A stretch of DNA of 64,000 nucleotides from Patescibacteria group bacterium (GTDB lineage Bacteria > Omnitrophota > Gorgyraeia > Gygaellales > Profunditerraquicolaceae), in the NCBI GenBank assembly GCA_035506195.1, contig DATJPV010000028.1, positions 8,711 through 72,710 of the forward strand, read 5' to 3'. The position numbers and the translations under genes were made by a program. The notes beneath the pieces are model-generated. The model ran no database searches. It was not told where the DNA came from and saw nothing but the letters and a program-made list of their open reading frames with translations. Positions 1 through 9,297 of the stretch are shown piece after piece (the stretch's first letter is position 1; each line of letters begins with the position of its first letter).

Positions 1-13
1 TACAGTCTTCTTT

Positions 14-874
14 TTGTTGCCTGAACCGACACATAAAGAGGTCGGCCATACACAAAAAAACGGGCTCCCGGCAGGGGTATATATGTGCACGCTGTTAGGC
101 GGCCTACTGATGGTTGTTTCTTATGCGGCACCGATCAACCTGGCAATGTTCATTGAAAGCGAAAGCAGGATGTATACAAACCAAACCCCTCTCCTGGCGA
201 CGCAGGAAGAGTTACGGCGATTCTTAACTGAAGGTATCGTATCAGCATCAATCCAAGACTCTTTTTTGAAAAGTGGGATCCAGCTTTCGGGTAAAGCAGT
301 CTTGACGATCGAAGGCACAAGCAAGCAATGGACAATCCTCGACGGGGATAAGAAGTATAGCGCAAGAAAAGAAAACGGCAGGGAAGGCTTGGTTATTTAT
401 ACCGAAAGGCAGGACCGGCCGCGCATTGCCGGCTACTGCCTGTCTCTTATGCTGCTGGCCGGCGTCTTCTCTGGGTTTGCTTTGACTATATCAAGGCGTC
501 GGTTTGGGGCCCTTACCCCGGCAACGGGCATTGGTTCAATGGCTGCCGGCTATGCATTGCTAGGGGGCACCTCGTCTCTGTCCGGAGTCTTGATCGCCAT
601 GGTCTGCCTCGGATTCGGATCGGGCATTCTACTACCGCTTCTTTTGTTACGGGCCACCGAGATGGTCACGGGACACTCGCGCGCCCTTGCTATGGCCGTG
701 TTAAACGCAGGGGTATACTTCGGCCAATTCCTTTCTCCGGTTATTCTGAAATGGCTGGGGTTATGCCAAGCTGCGGGAGGCATATATCGTCAGCAATTTA
801 TCGGACTTGCGCTTGCATTGGGGATTGCCGCGCTCCTGGGAATTCCGAGGCGCCCTTGCTGCGCAACATCGTAA
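14..874 (+). CDS. MFS-transporter-like membrane protein fragment (possibly truncated or pseudogene). The C-terminal ~150 aa resemble the second half of a major-facilitator transporter; the N-terminal part is atypical.
   Basis: Hydrophobic, Gly-rich helices (MAAGYALLGG...GFGSGILLPLL...GVYFGQFLSPVIL) typical of an MFS C-terminal half. Only + strand ORF in a >40 kb minus-strand block. Too short for a 12-TM MFS protein. Confidence 0.3.
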   Translation: MLPEPTHKEVGHTQKNGLPAGVYMCTLLGGLLMVVSYAAPINLAMFIESESRMYTNQTPLLATQEELRRFLTEGIVSASIQDSFLKSGIQLSGKAVLTIEGTSKQWTILDGDKKYSARKENGREGLVIYTERQDRPRIAGYCLSLMLLAGVFSGFALTISRRRFGALTPATGIGSMAAGYALLGGTSSLSGVLIAMVCLGFGSGILLPLLLLRATEMVTGHSRALAMAVLNAGVYFGQFLSPVILKWLGLCQAAGGIYRQQFIGLALALGIAALLGIPRRPCCATS

Positions 875-886
875 TCGCCGCAAACG

Positions 887-2539
887 CTATTCTGCCTTCT
901 CCACTCTTACCAAATACTCGTTTCCCATTTCCTTGACAGGCGTGAGCCGAAAATCGCTGCCCGTAAGACGCTTCATGTCTTTAAGGGATCCCGCCTTGAG
1001 AATGCAGAACGTCCGGGATTGCCGAGACAGAAATTCCCTGACTTTGGCATCAGAGTTAAGAAAAGGAACGGGGTGCGGGCTAAAAAAGGGCGTGCCCGGA
1101 ATGTCGATCACGGCAACGTTTTTATCCGTATAATACCGCACCCCCCGAGTAAACATTTTGGAAACGATTATCGTATTATCCACTGCGCAATGACCCAGCA
1201 GATACTCTGCCATGCCCTTTGAAGAAACGTACGGGTCGATATCCTTGCTGAGGAAGGGGATCACGCACAGCGACAGAGGCAAAAGCGAGGTAAGTACGTA
1301 TGCGCCTTTTAAGAAATAGCGCCGCGCAGTAAAAAGAGCGAACGCAATGGATACAACCAGCCATAATCCCGCTAAGACATAAACCGGCAGCAGCGACGAA
1401 AGGTACCGCGAGGCCCTGGAGGAAGCCACCAGGAGCGCTATCGCTAACAACACACAGAAGGCAAACGTCATCCATGAAGCCAGAAAAAACAGACGGGCCC
1501 TGTTCTTAGGCGCCTTGATGTCGCCGATGAAATTCCCCGTGGTCAAGGCAAGGGCGGGAAAAAGGGGGAAAATATAGCTGGCTAATTTAGAATGCGCAAC
1601 CTGAAAAACGGAGAAGGTAACGACGATCCAGGAAGCCAAGAAAAGGTCCAACGGTTCCTTGTTCTTTACCGCCCTGTAGAACAGGATCGCTAACGCAGCC
1701 AAGGTAAACAAACTCCAGGGGAAAACCCCTAGGATCATGGTAAGGGGATAAAAATACCAGGAGTCGTTAAAGGAGTGTTCCGCTTCAAAGAGACGCCGGA
1801 TGTGACAGTTGACAAAAAACTCATGAACAAAACCATTACCGTAGTGCGTTACCATGAAAATGTACCAGGGGAAGGTAATCAAAACGAAAAGCATAGTCCC
1901 CCATAAGAACCTCTTGCAAAATATACGGTTCAATTCTTTCCTGACAGCCAGAAAGATACCCACCACACACAGTGGTATGATAAGTCCCAGGGGGCCCTTG
2001 GTAAGCACGGCGGCGCCGGCAAAGACAAAAAATAGGAAAACTCCCAGGTTCTGCCTACTGTTGCGCACGTACCCGGCCCAAAAGGAAAGGAGCGCTAAAA
2101 GTATCCAGACAGAGAAAATCATATCCGTAAAAACGGTACGGGCTAAACCGATATAAAAGCCACCCGATGCCAAGATAAGACTTGAGAGGAGGGCTTTTCT
2201 GCGGTCTCCAAAACCAAAAAGAGCAAAACAATATGTCCCCACCACCCCAATAGCCGCAAACACTGCCGGGAAAAACCGCGCGCCGAAACTAGAAACACCG
2301 AATAAAACAAAGGCGATGCGTAAAAGCCAATAAAGAAAAATGGGCTTTTCAAACTGCGGCGCGTCAAATAGATACGGAGTCATCCAGCTGCAATGCCGCA
2401 CCATCTCCTTCGCCGTCTGAACGTAAAACACTTCATCGGGGCTGGTAAGGCTGATAATACCGTTACCCCACACGAAAAAGAAATACGCCACAATGACAAG
2501 AAAAACCATATGCACGATGTGCTTATTGGTAAGTGACAT
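887..2539 (-). CDS. GT39/GT83 family glycosyltransferase (ArnT/PMT-like, lipid-linked sugar transferase), polytopic membrane protein
   Basis: N-terminal motif ...SPDEVFYVQTAKEM...W..P...APQFEKPIFLYWL... matches the ArnT/dolichyl-phosphate-mannose mannosyltransferase signature. Many TM helices. Start may be the internal Met at 2509. Confidence 0.7.
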   Translation of the reverse strand: MSLTNKHIVHMVFLVIVAYFFFVWGNGIISLTSPDEVFYVQTAKEMVRHCSWMTPYLFDAPQFEKPIFLYWLLRIAFVLFGVSSFGARFFPAVFAAIGVVGTYCFALFGFGDRRKALLSSLILASGGFYIGLARTVFTDMIFSVWILLALLSFWAGYVRNSRQNLGVFLFFVFAGAAVLTKGPLGLIIPLCVVGIFLAVRKELNRIFCKRFLWGTMLFVLITFPWYIFMVTHYGNGFVHEFFVNCHIRRLFEAEHSFNDSWYFYPLTMILGVFPWSLFTLAALAILFYRAVKNKEPLDLFLASWIVVTFSVFQVAHSKLASYIFPLFPALALTTGNFIGDIKAPKNRARLFFLASWMTFAFCVLLAIALLVASSRASRYLSSLLPVYVLAGLWLVVSIAFALFTARRYFLKGAYVLTSLLPLSLCVIPFLSKDIDPYVSSKGMAEYLLGHCAVDNTIIVSKMFTRGVRYYTDKNVAVIDIPGTPFFSPHPVPFLNSDAKVREFLSRQSRTFCILKAGSLKDMKRLTGSDFRLTPVKEMGNEYLVRVEKAE

Positions 2540-3275
2540 TGCCGCTCCTGGCTAATAGTTCACTAACGGTTACGCACCGATATCCGCGTTTTCTTAATTG
2601 TTCGACGAGCCTGAAAATAGTTTTGACGGTTTCTTGACGGTTGCCGCCCTCAACCGTGAAAACGCCCCCGCTGTCATGGAATAGGATAATATCACCCGGC
2701 CGGACATGATGCACGAGGAACCTGAGAATATACTTCTCGTCAAAGGTCACCCAATCTTTCGAATTCAACGACCACAATATTACTCTATATCCCATTGCGT
2801 TAATTTGTTTTTTTTCTGCGCTGGTAAGCCAGGCCTTGGGGGGCCTAAAATAACGCGTGGTCTTGCCGGTGATAGACTTGATGATGTTTTCGGCGACCTT
2901 TACCTCCCTTTCGAGTTCATACGGCTTATAATATAAAAGCACATGATGGTCATAGGAATGATTCTCGATTTCATGCCCTTCCGCGGCAACCCGCCTGGCT
3001 ATCTCGGGATATTGCTGCACATGTTCTCCGAGCATGAAAAAGGTGGCCTTCGCGTCCGAGCGCTTCAATTCATCCAGGATAGCGGGGGTCCATACCGGCG
3101 AGGGGCCGTCATCAAAGGTAAGCGCCACTAGTTTATCCGGCACGTTAACCCGATACACCGTACCTCTACGTACCAGCACTGCCTGATCAAAAAAGACGGT
3201 AAACGCTACAAAGGCAAGGCAGCATGTTACAAAGGAGCACATAAAAATGACGGCGAGTTTCTTTTTGTTCCCCAT
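2523..3275 (-). CDS. Polysaccharide deacetylase (NodB/CE4 family), N-terminal membrane anchor
   Basis: TFDDGPSP...ATFFMLGEHV...HEIENHSYDHH motifs of the NodB homology domain; N-terminal TM helix. Confidence 0.75.
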   Translation of the reverse strand: MGNKKKLAVIFMCSFVTCCLAFVAFTVFFDQAVLVRRGTVYRVNVPDKLVALTFDDGPSPVWTPAILDELKRSDAKATFFMLGEHVQQYPEIARRVAAEGHEIENHSYDHHVLLYYKPYELEREVKVAENIIKSITGKTTRYFRPPKAWLTSAEKKQINAMGYRVILWSLNSKDWVTFDEKYILRFLVHHVRPGDIILFHDSGGVFTVEGGNRQETVKTIFRLVEQLRKRGYRCVTVSELLARSGNVTYQ

Positions 3276-3288
3276 CTAGGGTGTCCTT

Positions 3289-4116
3289 TTAGCGCAAGGC
3301 TCCATAGGAAACCTTTTCGGCCAGGCGATATCCTGCGTACTTGTCCATCATATACCCTACTTCCCGTACGGCGTTATGATCGCGCCTCGCTCCAACCGGA
3401 CGCACATGCCTGACCGGCAAACAGTCGATAATGCCCATATTGGCATATCCGCACACAGAGCGGGCAAAGAGATCATAACCCCATCCCCAATAATTTTTTT
3501 CTGCCTCCATCTTATTCCAAAAACGCACCCAAGCCTCTGACGTAAAGACCGGCACCATAATTTCCACAAAATCAACATAACGCCCAACTTTATACGTTTT
3601 ATTCTGAAGCGTAATATCCCAGGTGAAATAAGAATCGGCTGTCAGCGCAGGCTGCGCAAGCTCTATGTTGTTTGTCTGCATTATGTTAACAAATTCGCTG
3701 GGCCTGAAATCAACAACATCGATATCGTCGCACCACAGGAAGAGATAGTCATAGTTGCTGCATACGGAAGGAGTAATGTATTTTTTCAGAAAGTAGAAAT
3801 GCAGTCCCTTTTCGCGTATAACAACGCACTTCCGGAAGATGTCTTCGTCAAATGAGGTATCGTCATACGCAAAAATTATATACTCAAACTGTTCGCACCC
3901 GAAGCGCCCAATAATTTTTTTAAGCCAAGGCTTGCCGTCCTCCCCTACCGGCGACGCATAGAGATAGCGGCCCCGCGGCTGTCGTTGGCGACCAGGAGCG
4001 GCCCTGTTATACAGACTGGTTTCTTTTTTCATCCTGCGGACATGCAGGAATTTTCTCCATCGTTTAAAAAGCTTAGGCCGCCGAAAAAAATCTATGGCGC
4101 TTCCGATTGCGGTCAT
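3289..4116 (-). CDS. Hypothetical protein, DUF707-like / putative nucleotide-sugar transferase-like
   Basis: ORF with an acidic DDIDVVD motif (DXD-like); sits between glycan enzymes. Start chosen at the internal Met to avoid overlap with the upstream gene. No confident family assignment. Confidence 0.4.
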   Translation of the reverse strand: MTAIGSAIDFFRRPKLFKRWRKFLHVRRMKKETSLYNRAAPGRQRQPRGRYLYASPVGEDGKPWLKKIIGRFGCEQFEYIIFAYDDTSFDEDIFRKCVVIREKGLHFYFLKKYITPSVCSNYDYLFLWCDDIDVVDFRPSEFVNIMQTNNIELAQPALTADSYFTWDITLQNKTYKVGRYVDFVEIMVPVFTSEAWVRFWNKMEAEKNYWGWGYDLFARSVCGYANMGIIDCLPVRHVRPVGARRDHNAVREVGYMMDKYAGYRLAEKVSYGALR

Positions 4117-4120
4117 GCTA

Positions 4121-4837
4121 CTATGTCTCCAAACATTTTTGCAGATACGCCGGTAAAAGCTCCACCTTTTTGGCGATCTGCGCATTAAGCAGAATTGCTA
4201 TACGGGTATTATCGCTTGCGGAAAAAATAGTATAGCGCTTCAAACAAAAGGTATCTTTCAAATGCTCTGCAATCATCTCTTCAACAGGACGATGGACGTC
4301 ATCAACTACGATCATCTTTACGTCCTTAAGAAGGGGGGGGATTAACGAAAAGAATGCCTTTGAATCGCGCCTATCCTTGCCTATAGCTGCCGGGCCATCG
4401 TAAAAAAGGAACTCGATATTCGTAATCCCTTGCAAGTTCTTTCTGATGAGCCTGTCATCATACCAATCCCCCCTCAAGGGGACGCGCCGCACAAACCCCC
4501 AGGGGAGAAAAAGAAAAGACAGGGCAATATTAAACTTGAAATAATAGTACAGGTGCTGTTCAAACGAAATGAATGTCCCGCCGAACTTGTGTACATACTC
4601 AGCGATATAGTGTGTGCTTCTCCCCGAACCAAATTCAACGATGGTCTTTGGTTTGACTATATACAATAACTGCTGAAGAATAAGCCAGAACTCATAGCAT
4701 TTTGTCGGCCACGTTTTTAAGCCGATGGCATGTCGTTTTTTTAATTTCCACCCGTCGAAGGCGTATTTGATCTGCCTTGCATACCATCGAGCCGTATAGG
4801 GCTTGTGTGGATTGCGAGGATCTGAAGAGCGAAACAT
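4121..4837 (-). CDS. Class I SAM-dependent methyltransferase, Methyltransf_24-like (glycan O-methyltransferase-like)
   Basis: Motif I-like IVEFGSGRSTHYIAE and a VVDDVH acidic motif. This family is common in LPS/capsule clusters. Confidence 0.55.
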   Translation of the reverse strand: MFRSSDPRNPHKPYTARWYARQIKYAFDGWKLKKRHAIGLKTWPTKCYEFWLILQQLLYIVKPKTIVEFGSGRSTHYIAEYVHKFGGTFISFEQHLYYYFKFNIALSFLFLPWGFVRRVPLRGDWYDDRLIRKNLQGITNIEFLFYDGPAAIGKDRRDSKAFFSLIPPLLKDVKMIVVDDVHRPVEEMIAEHLKDTFCLKRYTIFSASDNTRIAILLNAQIAKKVELLPAYLQKCLET

Positions 4838-5574
4838 TATTTTTTAACTCCTATGATGCCCGCGAAATTATACCAAGTAAAAAATGTATCGACTGTCTCA
4901 AACCCGCTGCGGCGCAATAACATAAGGTTCTCATCGAGTCGATAAGGAATTAAAACATTCTCCAGGGCTTCTCTTTTACGCGCAATCTCAAGCTTTGAGT
5001 AACCCCGTCGTTCTTTAAAAGCATGGTACAAATCAATAAATAACCTATTAGTCAAAGAATCTTTCCCGAGGATCTTGTCTACGATAATAAGCGCCCCGCC
5101 CTTTTGCAGGCTCTGGTAGATATTTTGAATCAGCGCGTCTCTTTGCAGAGGCCGTACAAACTGTAAGGTCAAGACAAGCAGGACAACGGATGCCTTTTCC
5201 ATGCGGAAAGGGCAATTAAGGTCTGCCTCGCGCAGGGAAACATTCTTCCACAACTTCTGTTCTCTCATTCTCTGCTTTGCCGCAGCCAGCATATGGGGAG
5301 AGCTGTCAACTCCAACCATCTTTACCTTGTTGTTGCGTAACGCCCTGACGATATTGCACATCGTAGTCCCTGTCGAACATCCCAAGTCATAAACCGACGT
5401 ATTCGCGGCTGCAAAGGACTTGGCTAGTTCTACTATCATGCGCTGGACCTCTTCGTAAAAAGGAACACTGCGTTCCAGCATTTCATCAAAAACTGAAGTT
5501 ACCTTTTCGTCAAAGACAAAGTCACCCACCTTTTTTTTCGTCGCAAAAAGCATGTCTTTATATTTCTTCGGCAT
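4837..5574 (-). CDS. cmoA-like: CmoA-family protein (carboxy-S-adenosyl-L-methionine synthase homolog)
   Basis: Strong collinear similarity to E. coli CmoA: VYDLGCS.G, DSSPHM, LTLQF, GGAL, GYSKLEI..KR..LENV, SGF, NF. Start is likely the MPKKYKDM or MLFATKKK Met. Confidence 0.75.
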   Translation of the reverse strand: MPKKYKDMLFATKKKVGDFVFDEKVTSVFDEMLERSVPFYEEVQRMIVELAKSFAAANTSVYDLGCSTGTTMCNIVRALRNNKVKMVGVDSSPHMLAAAKQRMREQKLWKNVSLREADLNCPFRMEKASVVLLVLTLQFVRPLQRDALIQNIYQSLQKGGALIIVDKILGKDSLTNRLFIDLYHAFKERRGYSKLEIARKREALENVLIPYRLDENLMLLRRSGFETVDTFFTWYNFAGIIGVKK

Positions 5575-6556
5575 GCACAGGCTCCTTCCTTGGATAATAA
5601 TGATCGGCGTAATCGTCGCATAGGCTGTAGTGTTGCCTAAAGGCATCTAAAAATATCATATGCGTGGGGCACTGGCATGTTTCTGCGGGGCAAGGGCGCG
5701 GCCCTGTCGCTAAACGGAGTCCTCCGGAAAGCAGGTCGTCAATCGAACCAAGCTTTTCCGTAAAGCAGCGCATTACTGTGCCGTCTTTATAGAGATTTAT
5801 CATATCCGACCCGGCATAACATAACGATCCCTTGGTGCGCTTTCCATACTGATATTCGAATTCAAGATCAGAGTAATAGTAGCGTCTTATTATGCCCAGG
5901 GTCCTCTTGGAATAAGCCTCAGGAAATACCGTCTTAATATCCATCAGTCTGCAGAGATTCTTATGGAGCCTCTTAAGCGGCCGCGGAACACGCGGTTGAT
6001 AACGGCCCAACAACAGGATGGGCTTTAAAAGGATGCCTTCGCTCCTAAAACGGCTGACGAACGACCCCAGTTGCCCTGCCCTTTCCGGCGTGACCACCAT
6101 TGTCGCAAACGCGCGCGAGCCGTACCGTTTAAGTTTAAGCATGTGCGTTATAAACTGTTCGATGCCGACAAAATCGGGATGAAAACTACAGTTAAAAACT
6201 GCCTTCGAGGGGTTGATGTGAGCCATATATACATCGGGGTCGAGGGAGTTATTCGTGATGAATTCAAAGCGGCTTACGTTCGGCAGGCCGCAGATGTAAA
6301 AACATATCTTCTGCGCCCAGTTATCGGCGAATATCTCTCCATCGAAATTCGCCTTTACCAACAGCCTGTCCTCAACCGCCCGCAACCTATCCCAAAGATT
6401 GCTGGCCTGGGTAAAATTATCGGCAGTAAAATCAACTTGCCGCACGCCGGCTTGATTACAGTAACGGCAGCGATAATTACAGCGGATGCGTCGTTTATCA
6501 TGTGGCAGAAAATCGCGAAAATTTATCCGCAAAGTCCCTGCCTGGGTTATTCTCAT
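5558..6556 (-). CDS. Radical SAM domain protein
   Basis: CNYRCRYC (CX3CX2C) 4Fe-4S/SAM cluster motif about 25 aa from the N-terminus; ~330 aa; embedded in the glycan cluster. Confidence 0.65.
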   Translation of the reverse strand: MRITQAGTLRINFRDFLPHDKRRIRCNYRCRYCNQAGVRQVDFTADNFTQASNLWDRLRAVEDRLLVKANFDGEIFADNWAQKICFYICGLPNVSRFEFITNNSLDPDVYMAHINPSKAVFNCSFHPDFVGIEQFITHMLKLKRYGSRAFATMVVTPERAGQLGSFVSRFRSEGILLKPILLLGRYQPRVPRPLKRLHKNLCRLMDIKTVFPEAYSKRTLGIIRRYYYSDLEFEYQYGKRTKGSLCYAGSDMINLYKDGTVMRCFTEKLGSIDDLLSGGLRLATGPRPCPAETCQCPTHMIFLDAFRQHYSLCDDYADHYYPRKEPVHAEEI

Positions 6557-7680
6557 AATAAGTGTCTTCTTATCCTATTAAGCTCAGACGCTCGCTGCCT
6601 CGGCGATACGTCGTGATACTTCTCGATGAAGGGCACCAATTTCATGGCGCAGGCAACGGCCTCGTCCATATCTAAATATTCAAAAAGGCCGAGCCGGCCG
6701 GCGGGGCATACGTTCGGTAAAGAGACGACGTAAGAAAGATATTTTTGGAACAATGCCTCGTTTCCTCCCGTGTGTACCGGGTACATCGGCACTTCTCCGT
6801 TACGGACAGCACAGGGCTGCTGGTACTGGATCAAATCGGGGGCCTGGACCTGGCGGTGCAGTATTCTGAAATTAGTTTTTCTTATAAACCTTGGGTGTTG
6901 AGGCAGATTAATGCCTCCGTATCTTTCCTCTTCCCATGTTTCGCCAGGGGCATACATAAACTTGGAGCTGCGATAATTGAGCCGTCCGTACCGGTATCCG
7001 GATATTTCATCGATAGGTGCGGTTGAAACGATGAGATCAAACTCCTTAGCATCCAATCTATTTACGTTTTTTTGAAGGGATATCCCCCGGCTCATCCGTT
7101 CTAGCCACACAGAATATCCCTCGATAGGCAAACCCTGCCATTCGCCTTTAAAAAGCTCTTCGTTATTGCACTCACGTAGCATCAATCTCTTGGGAGCCCA
7201 ATGAGCCGAAAGCTCATCCGGAGGGACACCCCACATTTTACGCGTATAGTTACTGATAAAGTATTTATATAATGTTTTACCGAACACACAGATACAGGCG
7301 GTTTCGAAATTCGATTGATTTATCTTACGGGGCCTTGCCTTCAATTCCTTCATTATTTTAGCGGCATCGGGTAAGAGGGTAATTGCGCGCAGGGTAATCG
7401 GGAAAGGGAGGAGCCGGCCCTTGATAATAACCCCTTTGTAATGCCGGTAGCCATTGAAAGCAGAAAATTTTTCGACAAATGCCTTCACTTCCTCGTCGCA
7501 GGTATGGAAAATTCTTGGGCCGCATGGTTCATATAATAAGCCCCACTCGTTGCGGTCGCTTATGCATAACCCGCCAATCCGCTTGTTCTTTTCGAAAAGA
7601 GAGACCTTGTGTCCCCGGTCAACTAATAGCCGTGCTAAGGAACAGCCGGTAAGTCCTGCGCCGAGAATGCCTATCTTCAT
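6553..7680 (-). CDS. glf: UDP-galactopyranose mutase
   Basis: N-terminal FAD Rossmann MKIGILGAGLTGC...EK..RIGG; conserved RIFHT, RYGRLNYRSSKF and GRLGLFEYLDMDEAV regions match Glf. Confidence 0.85.
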   Translation of the reverse strand: MKIGILGAGLTGCSLARLLVDRGHKVSLFEKNKRIGGLCISDRNEWGLLYEPCGPRIFHTCDEEVKAFVEKFSAFNGYRHYKGVIIKGRLLPFPITLRAITLLPDAAKIMKELKARPRKINQSNFETACICVFGKTLYKYFISNYTRKMWGVPPDELSAHWAPKRLMLRECNNEELFKGEWQGLPIEGYSVWLERMSRGISLQKNVNRLDAKEFDLIVSTAPIDEISGYRYGRLNYRSSKFMYAPGETWEEERYGGINLPQHPRFIRKTNFRILHRQVQAPDLIQYQQPCAVRNGEVPMYPVHTGGNEALFQKYLSYVVSLPNVCPAGRLGLFEYLDMDEAVACAMKLVPFIEKYHDVSPRQRASELNRIRRHLL

Positions 7681-8319
7681 TTACTCGTCGTCATCCTTCC
7701 ATGGAAGAAAAGGACTGTCCTGGGCTAGGCCGCCTAAGGTAACCGGGGAAGCCAGATATGGCCGCAGACCAAAGCTATCGACTTTGGCGCCAAGCAAATC
7801 GCTGCCCATTTGATTCCAACGCAACGAGCCGGGATCCATCTGTCTGGCTTCCCGATAACAGGCTTCCATAAGTTCACAGCCTGCCGGGGCCTTGATTATT
7901 GCTGCACAAATTTTGGTCCCGCCGTTTACGTTATGTTCAGTCGCAAATACATATTCGTTCCCAAAGTCTAACTGCTTTAAGCACACCACATCTAAATCGC
8001 TCCATATGCCGCCTTTATCCAAAAGAAGTTTATACCTAAAGAGATTCGAAAACCCCGCATAGCTACCTTTGCCGACTTTTCGTTTGTATTTAAAAATCGT
8101 CTCCTTGGGCACCATTTTATTTGCGTCTTTTACCACTACGCCCTCCGGGACATCCCGCATTGTCGCAAAGGCGTAAAGATGAACGGCATGGCCACGGGCG
8201 AGAAATGAGTTAAGAGACAGCCGCTCCATCAGGGATAAACTTTTACCTATCCATAATCCCTGGATTATCTCATTGTTTTTCTTCATGGGGTATGGGCAAT
8301 TTTTAATCGCGGCGAGCAA
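7681..8319 (-). CDS. Glycosyltransferase, DXD sugar-binding motif family (GT32-like)
   Basis: IIQGLWIG N-terminal motif and DLDVVCL (DXD) characteristic of the Gly_transf_sug / alpha-1,4-galactosyltransferase-like family. Confidence 0.55.
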   Translation of the reverse strand: MLAAIKNCPYPMKKNNEIIQGLWIGKSLSLMERLSLNSFLARGHAVHLYAFATMRDVPEGVVVKDANKMVPKETIFKYKRKVGKGSYAGFSNLFRYKLLLDKGGIWSDLDVVCLKQLDFGNEYVFATEHNVNGGTKICAAIIKAPAGCELMEACYREARQMDPGSLRWNQMGSDLLGAKVDSFGLRPYLASPVTLGGLAQDSPFLPWKDDDE

Positions 8320-8361
8320 GATGTAAATGCTCTTATCGAAGAATAAGAAAGGCGTCTAAAG

Positions 8362-8433
8362 CTGCCCCGCATGGACTCGAACCATGATAGTCAGATCCAG
8401 AATCTGAAGTCCTACCGGTTAGACGACAGGGCA
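8362..8433 (-). tRNA. tRNA-Gln (anticodon CTG)
   Basis: Reverse complement folds as a cloverleaf: acceptor TGCCCTG/CGGGGCA, anticodon stem TCAGA/TCTGA with loop TTCTGGA (CUG), T-arm CATGG-TTCGAGT-CCATG. 72 nt, CCA not encoded. Confidence 0.8.
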
Positions 8434-8548
8434 AAGCGTTTATCTAGAGAGATTACCCGCCCAGGCTATGCCTAAAACAGGACGGGACAGATGCGTGTAT
8501 TATTATAATATCCTCTGGTGCTTCTGACAAGCAGGTTTTTACCCGTTT

Positions 8549-9289
8549 CTATTGGCTGTCTTTGAGCTTACGAAAAAGATACTCCCGGTAGCCGCCACCC
8601 AGATAATCGGTGGGATAATCGGCCTTCCAGTAGGCATTCACCACTCTTTTCTTTGCCTCTTCCCCCATGCTGGAGATAATGCGGACTGTTTTGTCCTTGC
8701 CAATCTCAAGGCTAAACGTTACCTCGGGCTTGATGACCTGATACCAATCGGCGGGGAGCTGACGGACACCGGTCTTAGCATCAAAGAATGCCGCTTCGCC
8801 TTTCTGAGCAAGTTCAGGATGCGCTTTATAATACGCATTAACCTGTTCGGGGGTAATCGACAATTCCTGCATCCACTGCGGGGCTTGCCCGGCCAGAGAA
8901 TCCGGCTCAACGATATCAACCACGTTAAAATTCACCGGGTCAAGTTCCCACTTAGCCCAGGGGTTTGAGTTACGGGACACGATAACCTGACAAAGCCTTC
9001 CATCGGGAGCGCGCAACGTAACCAGGATATAATCTACGCCTGTAACTTCGCGGGTGTTAAGGTTAACCACGTCTACCACCTGATAGTCTTGTTCATAGAT
9101 CCCCAACTTTTTTGAGAGAAAGAAAATAAGCTCCTCTTCTATATCGGCATCGGACAAATAGATGCCGTCGGTCACCAGCGGCCGATGAGAAAAGCGTCTG
9201 ATCTGGACTTTCTGATATATAGTATACACCCCAAACCAGAGGGCGATAATACACAGCACCTCTGCAAATAATATCCATACGTTTCTCAT
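8549..9289 (-). CDS. Hypothetical membrane-anchored protein (N-terminal TM helix, large extracytoplasmic domain)
   Basis: Long ORF with an N-terminal hydrophobic helix (WILFAEVLCIIALWFGVYTIY). No recognisable family. Confidence 0.4.
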   Translation of the reverse strand: MRNVWILFAEVLCIIALWFGVYTIYQKVQIRRFSHRPLVTDGIYLSDADIEEELIFFLSKKLGIYEQDYQVVDVVNLNTREVTGVDYILVTLRAPDGRLCQVIVSRNSNPWAKWELDPVNFNVVDIVEPDSLAGQAPQWMQELSITPEQVNAYYKAHPELAQKGEAAFFDAKTGVRQLPADWYQVIKPEVTFSLEIGKDKTVRIISSMGEEAKKRVVNAYWKADYPTDYLGGGYREYLFRKLKDSQ

Positions 9290-9297
9290 CGTACAGG

